In this document: positions 18,587 to 26,878 of the stretch, in pieces
How the letters are laid out: every line of letters begins with the position of its first letter
Numbering within the stretch: position 1 is the stretch's first letter
From: an uncultured bacterium
GTDB lineage: Bacteria; Fidelibacterota; Marinisomatia; Marinisomatales; UBA1611
Direction: 5' to 3'
DNA: 42,789 bases
Assembly (NCBI GenBank): GCA_964343085.1
Contig: CAYFIF010000002.1
Location: 1-42,789, forward strand
The notes under the pieces: model-generated
What the model was told of the DNA's origin: nothing
What the model saw: only the letters and a program-made list of their open reading frames with translations
Databases searched by the model: none
Position numbers and translations under genes: made by a program

Positions 18587-19607
18587 AAATTAAATCCCAT
18601 TCAATATTTAACCAGAACTGTAGTTGTTTAAAACTTTTCAAATCTTTAACCCAGCCATATGCTGAATCTGTATGCCGTTTGCGGTATCTGCCTGAGAAAG
18701 TTACTGATACATTCTCATTGATGCTCTTCTTCAGCCATAAATCATACTTTGAATCTATGTGCCCACGTCCACTATGTAGTGGATCATCAGGGTCTTCGGC
18801 ATCATATGACCTATACTCTGCCCTGATTGAAAATCCTGATTCATTAAAGATAAAGACATTTGATTTTATGCTCAATGGTAAATACCATTCTACTGTTTCA
18901 TAAGAACGCTGGAAATTGCTAGGCCTATACTTACCCTCGTTATAATTATCAACCGCCTTTCCACGATCAACTTGCAGAGAGACTGAACCAATTTTTTTGA
19001 TTTTTTTGGTTAATTTAATACGAAAATAGTAAACATCAAGGTCAAACTCTGTAAATGGTTTATCATAGTATCTCTGTAAATAGCCAGCTGAGAGGTTGGC
19101 CCAGTTTCTGCGGTTAATTCTTTTGGTTAGTGTAAACCTCTGATTTCGATCAGTGAAAAAGCATGGAGACATTTTAATTGGACTGATATCACGGTCAATA
19201 TAGTGCCTTAAATAAAAACTATTTAGGTTACGTAGAACGTAGCGAATACTATTATAGCTGCCCCATTTAAATATTATATCAGCACCTCCTGACCAATACT
19301 TTTTATTCGGATTGTTTTGATAGTCAGACCAAAAATAATTCCCACGAAGTAACAAATCTTTTTTCCCATTGCTCCAGATGGATTTTTCTCCTTTTAGACC
19401 AATCCTATACACAAAACTGTCAAAGGTTTCTGCTCCACCCATAATAGCCTCCTCAGAAGCTGCACGACTCGTCTCATTAGAAGAAAAACGCATTACATTA
19501 CTATCATAACCAGTATTGAAGTGCAAAGAATATTCTATTGGCGTTCTGCAGATGACTGAACATGAAACAAAAATAAAAAAAATTACTACCCTATTTAAAA
19601 ATTTCAT
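18573..19607 (-). CDS. predicted outer-membrane beta-barrel protein
   Basis: 344 aa with a signal peptide (VVIFFIFVSCSVIC). Alternating hydrophobic/aromatic strand pattern with Tyr/Trp/Arg girdle composition. Aromatic C-terminus ...WDLIYDRY. 4-nt and 14-nt overlaps with its neighbours. Confidence 0.5.
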   Translation of the reverse strand: MKFLNRVVIFFIFVSCSVICRTPIEYSLHFNTGYDSNVMRFSSNETSRAASEEAIMGGAETFDSFVYRIGLKGEKSIWSNGKKDLLLRGNYFWSDYQNNPNKKYWSGGADIIFKWGSYNSIRYVLRNLNSFYLRHYIDRDISPIKMSPCFFTDRNQRFTLTKRINRRNWANLSAGYLQRYYDKPFTEFDLDVYYFRIKLTKKIKKIGSVSLQVDRGKAVDNYNEGKYRPSNFQRSYETVEWYLPLSIKSNVFIFNESGFSIRAEYRSYDAEDPDDPLHSGRGHIDSKYDLWLKKSINENVSVTFSGRYRKRHTDSAYGWVKDLKSFKQLQFWLNIEWDLIYDRY

Positions 19608-20485
19608 TTATATACAATATAACGTGTTAAAACCGTCTTTCCCTTATCTGGTATTTCAATAGTATAGGTGTGCTCGCCTTTATTCACTGGAATTTCACAT
19701 GACCTCCACTTACCAGGCACAACCTCAGGTTTGTTTAGTACTTGAGAAACAGATGACCTCTCTGTATTAAAATAGTAGGTACCAACTACTTTTGCACCTT
19801 CCCTGACACGAATACGGTATGATTCCTCAGGTCCCATAGAATCAGTAAACTCTAACCTACTCAGAATTCTTAAAGTATTGGATCCGCGCGCCTGAATTTG
19901 AAGATCATAATTTGAATTACACTCAAAATAATCAATTTTCTTTTTATTAGTTAAAATTGAAACCGCATTCTGATGGATCATTGGTACTAAAATCTTTTTG
20001 CTTTTTCCTACTGACTCAAACTCTTTGGCAATAAGACGAACCAAAACAGGGTATTTATTTTCATTATCACCTAAAACCTCTATCTGGTGATTCCCTTTAT
20101 CAAGATTGATAAAATAATTTCCTGAATAGGTGTATCTATGTTTTGGATGCTGTACAGATCTGACCCTATTCTGGACCTTGTATCTGTGATTAATATTGAT
20201 AGTATCCTTTTGATCTAAGACTACCTTATATCCAAACCTATGGCTCTTTTTTTTCTTTTTTAATACAGGATATCTAGCGATGAATTCTAATCTCATTGGT
20301 CCGTTTAAACTATAGACTATACCCTCCTCTCTAACAGGGTAATAGATCCTTCTTTTTGATGCTACCAACAGTATCTCTTTTTCTTCACCATTCGCGGAAG
20401 GCTTAAGTAATTTTCCACTGACTGGAGAAATTAAACCAAAGCATAAAACTAACTTAATGATACTATAATAAACTGTCTGGCTCAT
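19604..20485 (-). CDS. secreted protein built from two similar beta-sandwich-like halves
   Basis: 293 aa with a signal peptide (LVLCFGLISPVSG). The halves end INLDKGNHQIEVLGDNENKYPVLVRLI and IPVNKGEHTYTIEIPDKGKTVLTRYIV. No family recognised. Confidence 0.45.
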   Translation of the reverse strand: MSQTVYYSIIKLVLCFGLISPVSGKLLKPSANGEEKEILLVASKRRIYYPVREEGIVYSLNGPMRLEFIARYPVLKKKKKSHRFGYKVVLDQKDTININHRYKVQNRVRSVQHPKHRYTYSGNYFINLDKGNHQIEVLGDNENKYPVLVRLIAKEFESVGKSKKILVPMIHQNAVSILTNKKKIDYFECNSNYDLQIQARGSNTLRILSRLEFTDSMGPEESYRIRVREGAKVVGTYYFNTERSSVSQVLNKPEVVPGKWRSCEIPVNKGEHTYTIEIPDKGKTVLTRYIVYK

Positions 20486-21614
20486 GCTGAACTAAATGCT
20501 CCTTAATTTTTTTCTTACTCTGTATTCCAACAACTATTACACTTCCTGCAACAATCAATAAACAAAAAGCCGAAACTATGACATTATACTTCTCATCTGC
20601 ATACAAACTCCCAATTCCCACAGGAGAGACGGGGATAGGGGCAAAAGGCATTTTAAAAGACTCAACCAATGGTCTGATATTTAATATGTGGAGAGCAAGA
20701 ACATCCTCACTGACAAATTTTGCTAGGACACCTTCTATTCCACCAGGCCTCTTTATGGAAACTATATTTTCTCTGCTTATTATGCCTGGAGGAAGCAGTT
20801 TAAGATTGAAGCTTGTGCCCAAACTTGCGACTCCTCCACCCACATTAATAAAGCCATCATATTTACCAATTTTTCGCACAGATGAAAATAGTTTCATTCT
20901 GTGTTCAATATTTTTTGATAGCGAACCCTTGTTTATCAATGGAATACCATGGAAATCTATGTTGTCTGTTATTATTTTTCTTCCTGCTGGAGAGAGTAGG
21001 CGTCCCATATCATTCCTTCCTCCAATAGAAGCCGAAATACTATGGGCAGATATAAAGCCCTCAGCGTATAAGATCTTCTCCATGTCTAGCCAAGTAAAAT
21101 CAACTTGATTAGCACCCCATTGTGATGCCCCAAGACTGGAGATTATAACTGGGTAAATATCCATTGCCTTACATGCCGTCAAAACGGCCATATTTGCCCC
21201 GGGCATAGAACCAGTGAGTAATACCGCAACTGTATCACCCTTAGCTAAATTCATTTGAAATAAGAGGTCTACAACTATAGCCGAAAAATTAGGATCTAAA
21301 GTAGTCAGCTTAGAGTCCAGGTCTCCTTCATCAGTCGTAATTTGGCTGTATGCTGTTCCAACTAAGCCGGTTTCGTTTGGATCGTTCTCGATATCAACAA
21401 AAATACTTTTTTCCATCCTATTATTTTTTAATGTACTCATAGCTTTTTGCATTAGTTCTGCTGCACGAACTTTGATGTCGTAAGATGGAGAGACTGATAT
21501 TGTTCTAGTATTAATAGCCACTATAAAACATAATAAAGCAATAATTGATAATATAAAAAGAGTTGACGTCTTTTGAATCGCAGGGATAAAAGGTTGTTTT
21601 TTATAATTATTCAA
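20463..21614 (-). CDS. poly-gamma-glutamate system protein (TIGR04332-like)
   Basis: 383 aa with one TM at each end (TLFILSIIALLCFIVAI; VIVSAFCLLIVAGSVIVVG) and a large periplasmic domain. Sits immediately after pgsB-pgsC with an 8-nt overlap. The family call rests on memory of the architecture and this genomic context. Confidence 0.65.
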   Translation of the reverse strand: MNNYKKQPFIPAIQKTSTLFILSIIALLCFIVAINTRTISVSPSYDIKVRAAELMQKAMSTLKNNRMEKSIFVDIENDPNETGLVGTAYSQITTDEGDLDSKLTTLDPNFSAIVVDLLFQMNLAKGDTVAVLLTGSMPGANMAVLTACKAMDIYPVIISSLGASQWGANQVDFTWLDMEKILYAEGFISAHSISASIGGRNDMGRLLSPAGRKIITDNIDFHGIPLINKGSLSKNIEHRMKLFSSVRKIGKYDGFINVGGGVASLGTSFNLKLLPPGIISRENIVSIKRPGGIEGVLAKFVSEDVLALHILNIRPLVESFKMPFAPIPVSPVGIGSLYADEKYNVIVSAFCLLIVAGSVIVVGIQSKKKIKEHLVQHEPDSLL

Positions 21615-22050
21615 ATAAAACTCCTTGAAATAATATCATAATTATAAGCTTTACCAAAACAGCAGTAATAATCACAACTGAGATGGTGCGAATGACTCCC
21701 TGCCTATCCATCCAGTTTGCAATTAAGCCTGGAATGATATTCCCAATAACCTCCAGATTCCCTAATTCAATTGAATAAAATGAAAAATTTCTGGAAATAA
21801 AGCCAAATATAAATCCAAGTATTAGAGCTAAAACTATTCTGCGTTTCCCATATAAAAACATATAATTACTTAGCATCTGAATTATTAGATAAACGATAAT
21901 AGCAACTAAAAAAGTGATAATAACTTGTGATGGACTATGCAGATATAGGGATATATATCCAGGAACTATTATGCCTCCCGCTGTAACACCAAATAACTCT
22001 GATAAAATCAAACTAAGAAAGATTCCTAGCCCTATACTAATCTCAGACAC
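21607..22050 (-). CDS. pgsC: poly-gamma-glutamate biosynthesis membrane protein PgsC/CapC
   Basis: 147 aa, polytopic. The N-terminus GLGIFLSLILSELFGVTAGGIIVPGYISLYL matches the CapC/PgsC pattern (…G.LPAGLVVPGYLAL…). 8-nt overlap with pgsB. Confidence 0.85.
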   Translation of the reverse strand: MSEISIGLGIFLSLILSELFGVTAGGIIVPGYISLYLHSPSQVIITFLVAIIVYLIIQMLSNYMFLYGKRRIVLALILGFIFGFISRNFSFYSIELGNLEVIGNIIPGLIANWMDRQGVIRTISVVIITAVLVKLIIMILFQGVLFE

Positions 22051-23224
22051 TTTTTCTGGACTCCGAAATGAGGTTCAGAATTTTTTGACCATCTCCAACT
22101 TGATTGCCGATTGCATAAACCAATGAATCACTAGGAAGACTCAGTATACTCCCAACAATATTTTCTAAATCTTGGGCTAAACTAAAAGTATTTATAGTGG
22201 TTTCCGGAGAAGAATAGCTCGCATTATTAATTATCTGATCAACCTTGTCTGCACGCACAAAAAAATAATCCGGTTTAATCTCCTGTAGTGCCAACTCGAT
22301 CATCTGTCTTGTTCGAACTGGTCTATCTTCTCTTGAATTAAAAAAAACGCAAGTCCCACCTTTGGCTGGATAACGATCTAAAATAAATTTCCAAATCTGC
22401 AGAGTTGAAACAGGATCATTTGCTGCCATCCCATTAATGAACTGGATTTTCCTATCATTTTTAAATAACATCCAAGAGACCAAAGCGCCTAAGTCTGGTT
22501 TAACTTTTTGCATACCCTCTATAGCAATGTTTCTTTTAATACCGACCTGCTCACAAACCTCTAAAGCTACTGAAATATTTGAAGGATGCTCTATATAAGA
22601 AAACTTCCTCAGCTCCTCTTTCTTTACAGAATTATCACTAGGACGTATATATTCCGTTCCGTTATTTTTTGATACTTCCTTTATCAGGCTTGATTTCTCA
22701 TCTTCACCGCTTACAAGAACACCATTTATCGGAATTGTATTACACAAACTAAGTGCAACATCTGTATCTGTAGGCCCCATTTCTTCAAGATGATCCGGCC
22801 TAGCATTAGTAATAACTCCAATATGAGACCGCACCATCTGATGCTCAGATATCCACTGATACTGTGGCTGCACTGCCATACATTCAATAACAACTGCCTC
22901 GGATTTCTCTTTAGAAAAATAGCTTAATAATCTAACCTGCTCTCCTATTGAAGGAAGGCGCAGTCGGTGGATAATACGATCTTTACCATTTGGATCAATG
23001 ATTCTAGGCGCTGTGCCAGTGGTCTTAGCAAAGGTCCGAATTCCACCCTCTCTAAGTCCAGCAGCAATTAGACGAGTGACGCTTGACTTGCCTCTGGTAC
23101 CATTTACGTGTATTCTGATAGGAATAGTTAAAATAGCTTTCTGGTGTGAATAAAACTCAATAATGCCTATTGAGACTAGGAGTAACGCTATTGTTATCAG
23201 TATAAATAGAGGTGAGATGAGCAT
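22043..23224 (-). CDS. pgsB: poly-gamma-glutamate synthase PgsB/CapB (Mur-ligase-like amide ligase)
   Basis: 393 aa. N-terminal TM, then the P-loop VNGTRGKSSVTRLIAAGLREGG, GVITNARPDHLEEMG and typical PgsB length and order. Confidence 0.9.
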   Translation of the reverse strand: MLISPLFILITIALLLVSIGIIEFYSHQKAILTIPIRIHVNGTRGKSSVTRLIAAGLREGGIRTFAKTTGTAPRIIDPNGKDRIIHRLRLPSIGEQVRLLSYFSKEKSEAVVIECMAVQPQYQWISEHQMVRSHIGVITNARPDHLEEMGPTDTDVALSLCNTIPINGVLVSGEDEKSSLIKEVSKNNGTEYIRPSDNSVKKEELRKFSYIEHPSNISVALEVCEQVGIKRNIAIEGMQKVKPDLGALVSWMLFKNDRKIQFINGMAANDPVSTLQIWKFILDRYPAKGGTCVFFNSREDRPVRTRQMIELALQEIKPDYFFVRADKVDQIINNASYSSPETTINTFSLAQDLENIVGSILSLPSDSLVYAIGNQVGDGQKILNLISESRKSV

Positions 23225-23285
23225 TTAAATAAAAAAACACCCATTTACAAATTAAACTCAAACTGCATCTTATTTATTTTAGTAG

Positions 23286-26200
23286 CTACCACTCCATCAC
23301 AGATTGAATAAGCATTATCATATCCATGATATTAACCATTCCATCATTATTTGCATCTGCAAGAAACGGATTTAGATTGTCACTATTTCCTAATATATAA
23401 TCAATAAGTGAAAGAATATCAAAAACATTTAAACTCCCATCCAAATTAAGATCTCCGTCCAAACGGATATCACTTCCTCGAGTTGTAATTAAAAGGGCTG
23501 TGCCATCCTCAATCTCCATCGCAGCAGGGTGATAGCTATTGTGAAAGGTATACTGAAGACCTACAGTCATTGTATGATCTTCGATCCCAACAGTGCAGTA
23601 GGCCCCATGAACCTGACTCCAACTATATTCTCCATATGAGGTATTATTAAAGTCTTCATATTGCATTAATATTTCACCATCACCCGTTGGTGTCAAATAA
23701 TAATCAGGGTCGTGCAAAACTACCTGAAAATTTTCAGTAGAATTGTTCTGATAGGTTCTAACACGCGACCATTGTACATAAAACTTCTTATTTTGCTGAT
23801 CATACCATGTATAGACCCGGCCGCCATTGGTCAACTTTAGATCATCCCAGAATACAGCAATCATCGGACTAGGACCTCCGACACCCGGGAGTTCATAATT
23901 TCTGAAAGATTCCATATCAGTCTCTCCCATAGATATCCATCCATTAGAGCATATACTTAACTGATCATAATCAATCCCATACATTCTAAAGGTAAAGGGC
24001 AAATCAATAGTTTCAACGTCATCACCATTATTACCATTATCAGATAAGGAACTTAGGTAACTCCCATCACCTCCATAACGATCATCAATCTCTATCCAAT
24101 TATATGAAGGAGATAGCACATAGCCAATATCTCCGCTATCGTATATATAATATCCATGTGAATCCGGACCTACAGGATCATTAACAGTTGGAATGCCTAT
24201 TTGAAGCTGCATGATTGAGTTCGATACATAACCATCGCTTGTAGATATATTAAGGATCACTGTCGCGGTTGCTCCGGGTATAGTCTCTTCCAAAGCACTA
24301 ACGCGAAATAAATCATCATTATTTAACATTGTGCCCCCAGCATCGATACCCTGCCATGTTCCGTGAGCATCAATTATTTCTATGAAAGGAGATGGGCTAG
24401 TAATGGTTCCGATGATTACTTGTGAAGATACGGTGCCTGTATTCTCGATTTGGATTTTAAAAGAGGACTCTTGCCCAGGAGTTAAAACGTTATCAATCGA
24501 CCCAATAACTTCAAACCCACTAGTGATTAACTTAGTTCCAGAAGAATAAAGAGGTAAAATACTAGTACCATTAAGACCTCCGGCAACATTAATTTTCAAG
24601 GTGAATCCCAGATTGCTCTGATCAGGCAGCCCCTCAGCAACCGAAAAAACAAAAGGATCTACAGGAAACACAGACTCATTACTTGGAATGTTGCCATAGG
24701 AAACAATCGAATCAATAATCGTAATACCAGGATTATCAGTCTTCAATACAAGAACAACATTTTCTGCATAATCGCTTCCATAATTTTTAATAGCAGGGAA
24801 AATCTCAACGACCTCACCTCCATTCACAGCACCATCGTTATTTCCATATGAACTACCCTCGGCATCATCATCTAACAATATCATTTCCTCAGAATTTAAA
24901 TGGACAGAAACGCCTGGGTCATAAATCTGAAATGAACTCTGATATGGGTAGTGGTTGTGCTTCGTAACTGTGACCAAGACCTCACCAGTTCCAGAAAAAC
25001 TCATGGGAATCCTAGCAAATCCATCTGAGGCAGTGTATACAGATTCGGAAATATCATCTTCATTAAGAATAGTCACCCAGGCATTTTCCACTGGATTACC
25101 ATCACTGGTAACAGTGACATCAATATAGTTTGTTCCTATTGTTGCGGAGAATAGATGAGAGGCATTCAATTGTTTTGGAAAAGCACTCCACATCTGAAGT
25201 GAAGCATCTCCGATTAGGTTATTCCAATGAGTAAAAATATTTGGGAAATCATTTGGATTAGTTGGATAATTCTGGTGGAGCATCATTTTTCCGTACATTA
25301 ACGCGCCTCCGGCAGATGTAATTCCCTCAATCAGACCACCAAAATAGAATCCCATATCAACAACATTATTAAACATTGTGTGAGTGCCTAATGTTGCCGT
25401 ACCTATACAAACTACAGACCCCTTAGGATTAGAAGCAGTACCTGCCCGCGTGAAATCTTCCATTAAAGACTCTCCACTAGCAAAAGAGCCGGTCCCGCAA
25501 GTAATAACAGTAGCAACGGGAAGCATAAACCCATTTGAAGTATTATTTACGTCATTAGATTCAAAACCACTGACACCGTAATATCCTCGATAATTAAAAA
25601 AGGAAATGCCCTCAGAAATTCCTGATGTCATCTGATTAGCAAACGATCCGCTGTAGATAGTATTTACATCATCAAATCCAACAAGGTCAAGTATCTCATG
25701 AATGTGTTCATTTGTAATTACACAAGAGATGCCTGATGTGCTAGCATCACCAGTCAAGCAGGCTCTAGTAAACCAATTTTCTCCCATATAAGGGGATGAC
25801 TCATAGTTCAAAAGTTTACTAATCTGAGTGGTTAAATGCGATTGTGTATCAAAAGAGATCCTACCCAAAAACACTTCAGGATATTGATCATTCCCCTCTA
25901 ACAAAGAATATGGATGATCACCTTCACCATAGTAACCACTCCATGTCTCATTCCATGTAGGTATATCATAACTCCCTTCTGCATCCCCAATTATAGTAAC
26001 ATATTCTGGTGGATTATCCCAGGTTTCATAAGCATTTTCAATATAATTTTTTAAATTATTTTTATTATTTACAACATTAGAGGAAGAAATATAATTAACC
26101 TCATACCCTACTCTCCTTTTCCAGTCAAAAAGTTCTTCAACAACTCCAAGCAGATTACCAATATTGCTAGGTAGTACATATAGTATAGACGGTTTCTGAT

Positions 26201-26861
26201 ATTCGTAAACATCTCTATTAATCATATCATAGTTAACAACAAGAGACTCATAGAACGGTTCAAAGACTCTTGATCTTTTTGAAGGTGTAAAGGGTTGGGC
26301 AATGTCACCATATTCAATCAGTTCAACATCCAGCTGATTTATAACAGTAAGTTCTTTATTCAAAGCATCATATTGAAAAGGAGTCACAGTAACCTGAACC
26401 ACCACAATATCTCTCATTATTATAGGATCAGAAACGATTGCAAGTTCATTAGGATATAATTGGTGCTCAAAAGAATTAGTCAAATTAATTTTTTCAACTG
26501 ACCCTTCTTGATCATCCCATGTCACTAAAGATCCAAGCTCAACATTGCTAATTGTTTCTTTATCAATTACATTTACGCTTACATTATATTTTTTCCCAGG
26601 TTGAACAGCAAAATAGGTACTTGTAGAAGGTAAAAAAGGCTCTCCAGGCGAAGATAACGAACCCGAATTCTCCATCTCTGGCTTATGAAATGAAACCCCA
26701 TCTTTGGTAATTTCCTTTAACTGAAAGCCTGGATTATTAAAAGTTATTTTCTTCCCTGAACTACCCTCAGAAATTAGAAAACCATTAAAAACTTTGGGGC
26801 TTTCAGAGCTCATACCAATCAAAATGGCAAACGAAAATAAAAATGTTAAGATTACTCTCAT
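23286..26861 (-). CDS. gingipain-like (peptidase C25 family) protein with propeptide-like N-domain, NIDO-like module and C-terminal dockerin
   Basis: 1191 aa with a signal peptide. Propeptide_C25-like N-terminus (…GEPFLPSTSTYFAVQPGKKYNVSV…). C25 landmarks: VTIIGDAEG, FNYRGYYGVSGF, VITCGTGSF, LIGDASLQM. Ig-like repeats and a NIDO-like module. The C-terminus is a dockerin and there is no T9SS CTD. Confidence 0.85.
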   Translation of the reverse strand: MRVILTFLFSFAILIGMSSESPKVFNGFLISEGSSGKKITFNNPGFQLKEITKDGVSFHKPEMENSGSLSSPGEPFLPSTSTYFAVQPGKKYNVSVNVIDKETISNVELGSLVTWDDQEGSVEKINLTNSFEHQLYPNELAIVSDPIIMRDIVVVQVTVTPFQYDALNKELTVINQLDVELIEYGDIAQPFTPSKRSRVFEPFYESLVVNYDMINRDVYEYQKPSILYVLPSNIGNLLGVVEELFDWKRRVGYEVNYISSSNVVNNKNNLKNYIENAYETWDNPPEYVTIIGDAEGSYDIPTWNETWSGYYGEGDHPYSLLEGNDQYPEVFLGRISFDTQSHLTTQISKLLNYESSPYMGENWFTRACLTGDASTSGISCVITNEHIHEILDLVGFDDVNTIYSGSFANQMTSGISEGISFFNYRGYYGVSGFESNDVNNTSNGFMLPVATVITCGTGSFASGESLMEDFTRAGTASNPKGSVVCIGTATLGTHTMFNNVVDMGFYFGGLIEGITSAGGALMYGKMMLHQNYPTNPNDFPNIFTHWNNLIGDASLQMWSAFPKQLNASHLFSATIGTNYIDVTVTSDGNPVENAWVTILNEDDISESVYTASDGFARIPMSFSGTGEVLVTVTKHNHYPYQSSFQIYDPGVSVHLNSEEMILLDDDAEGSSYGNNDGAVNGGEVVEIFPAIKNYGSDYAENVVLVLKTDNPGITIIDSIVSYGNIPSNESVFPVDPFVFSVAEGLPDQSNLGFTLKINVAGGLNGTSILPLYSSGTKLITSGFEVIGSIDNVLTPGQESSFKIQIENTGTVSSQVIIGTITSPSPFIEIIDAHGTWQGIDAGGTMLNNDDLFRVSALEETIPGATATVILNISTSDGYVSNSIMQLQIGIPTVNDPVGPDSHGYYIYDSGDIGYVLSPSYNWIEIDDRYGGDGSYLSSLSDNGNNGDDVETIDLPFTFRMYGIDYDQLSICSNGWISMGETDMESFRNYELPGVGGPSPMIAVFWDDLKLTNGGRVYTWYDQQNKKFYVQWSRVRTYQNNSTENFQVVLHDPDYYLTPTGDGEILMQYEDFNNTSYGEYSWSQVHGAYCTVGIEDHTMTVGLQYTFHNSYHPAAMEIEDGTALLITTRGSDIRLDGDLNLDGSLNVFDILSLIDYILGNSDNLNPFLADANNDGMVNIMDMIMLIQSVMEW
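23289..23471 (-). other. dockerin type-I-like domain (two EF-hand-like Ca loops)
   Basis: DIRLDGDLNLDGSLNVFDILSLIDYILGNSDNLNPFLADANNDGMVNIMDMIMLIQSVMEW contains two D.N.DG....D + helix segments. Confidence 0.75.
23475..24190 (-). other. NIDO-like module, copy 2 (approximate bounds)
   Basis: HGYYIYDSGD...YNWIEID..YGG...IDLPFTFRMYGIDYDQLSICSNGWISM...MIAVFWDDLKLTNGGRVYTWYDQQNKKFYVQWSR...TGDGEILMQY...VGIE...GLQYTFHN. Confidence 0.5.
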
Positions 26862-26878
26862 ATTATAAGTTCATACAT

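Noticed and set aside
20578-21108. 176-aa plus-strand ORF. Similar antisense ORFs occur at 33304..33738, 41237..41620, 1872..2272, 10433..10696, 36194..36451 and elsewhere.
   Set aside because: Each lies entirely inside a minus-strand gene with strong family motifs (PGA system protein, secretin, PilT, alaS, C25, PilN). They have Ser/Pro/Leu-rich shadow-frame composition and no recognisable motifs, so I treat them as antisense artefacts.
23225-23285. A possible rho-independent terminator in the largest gap of the array (the run GGGTGTTTTTTT on the minus strand).
   Set aside because: I could find no complementary stem preceding the T-tract, so the evidence is insufficient.
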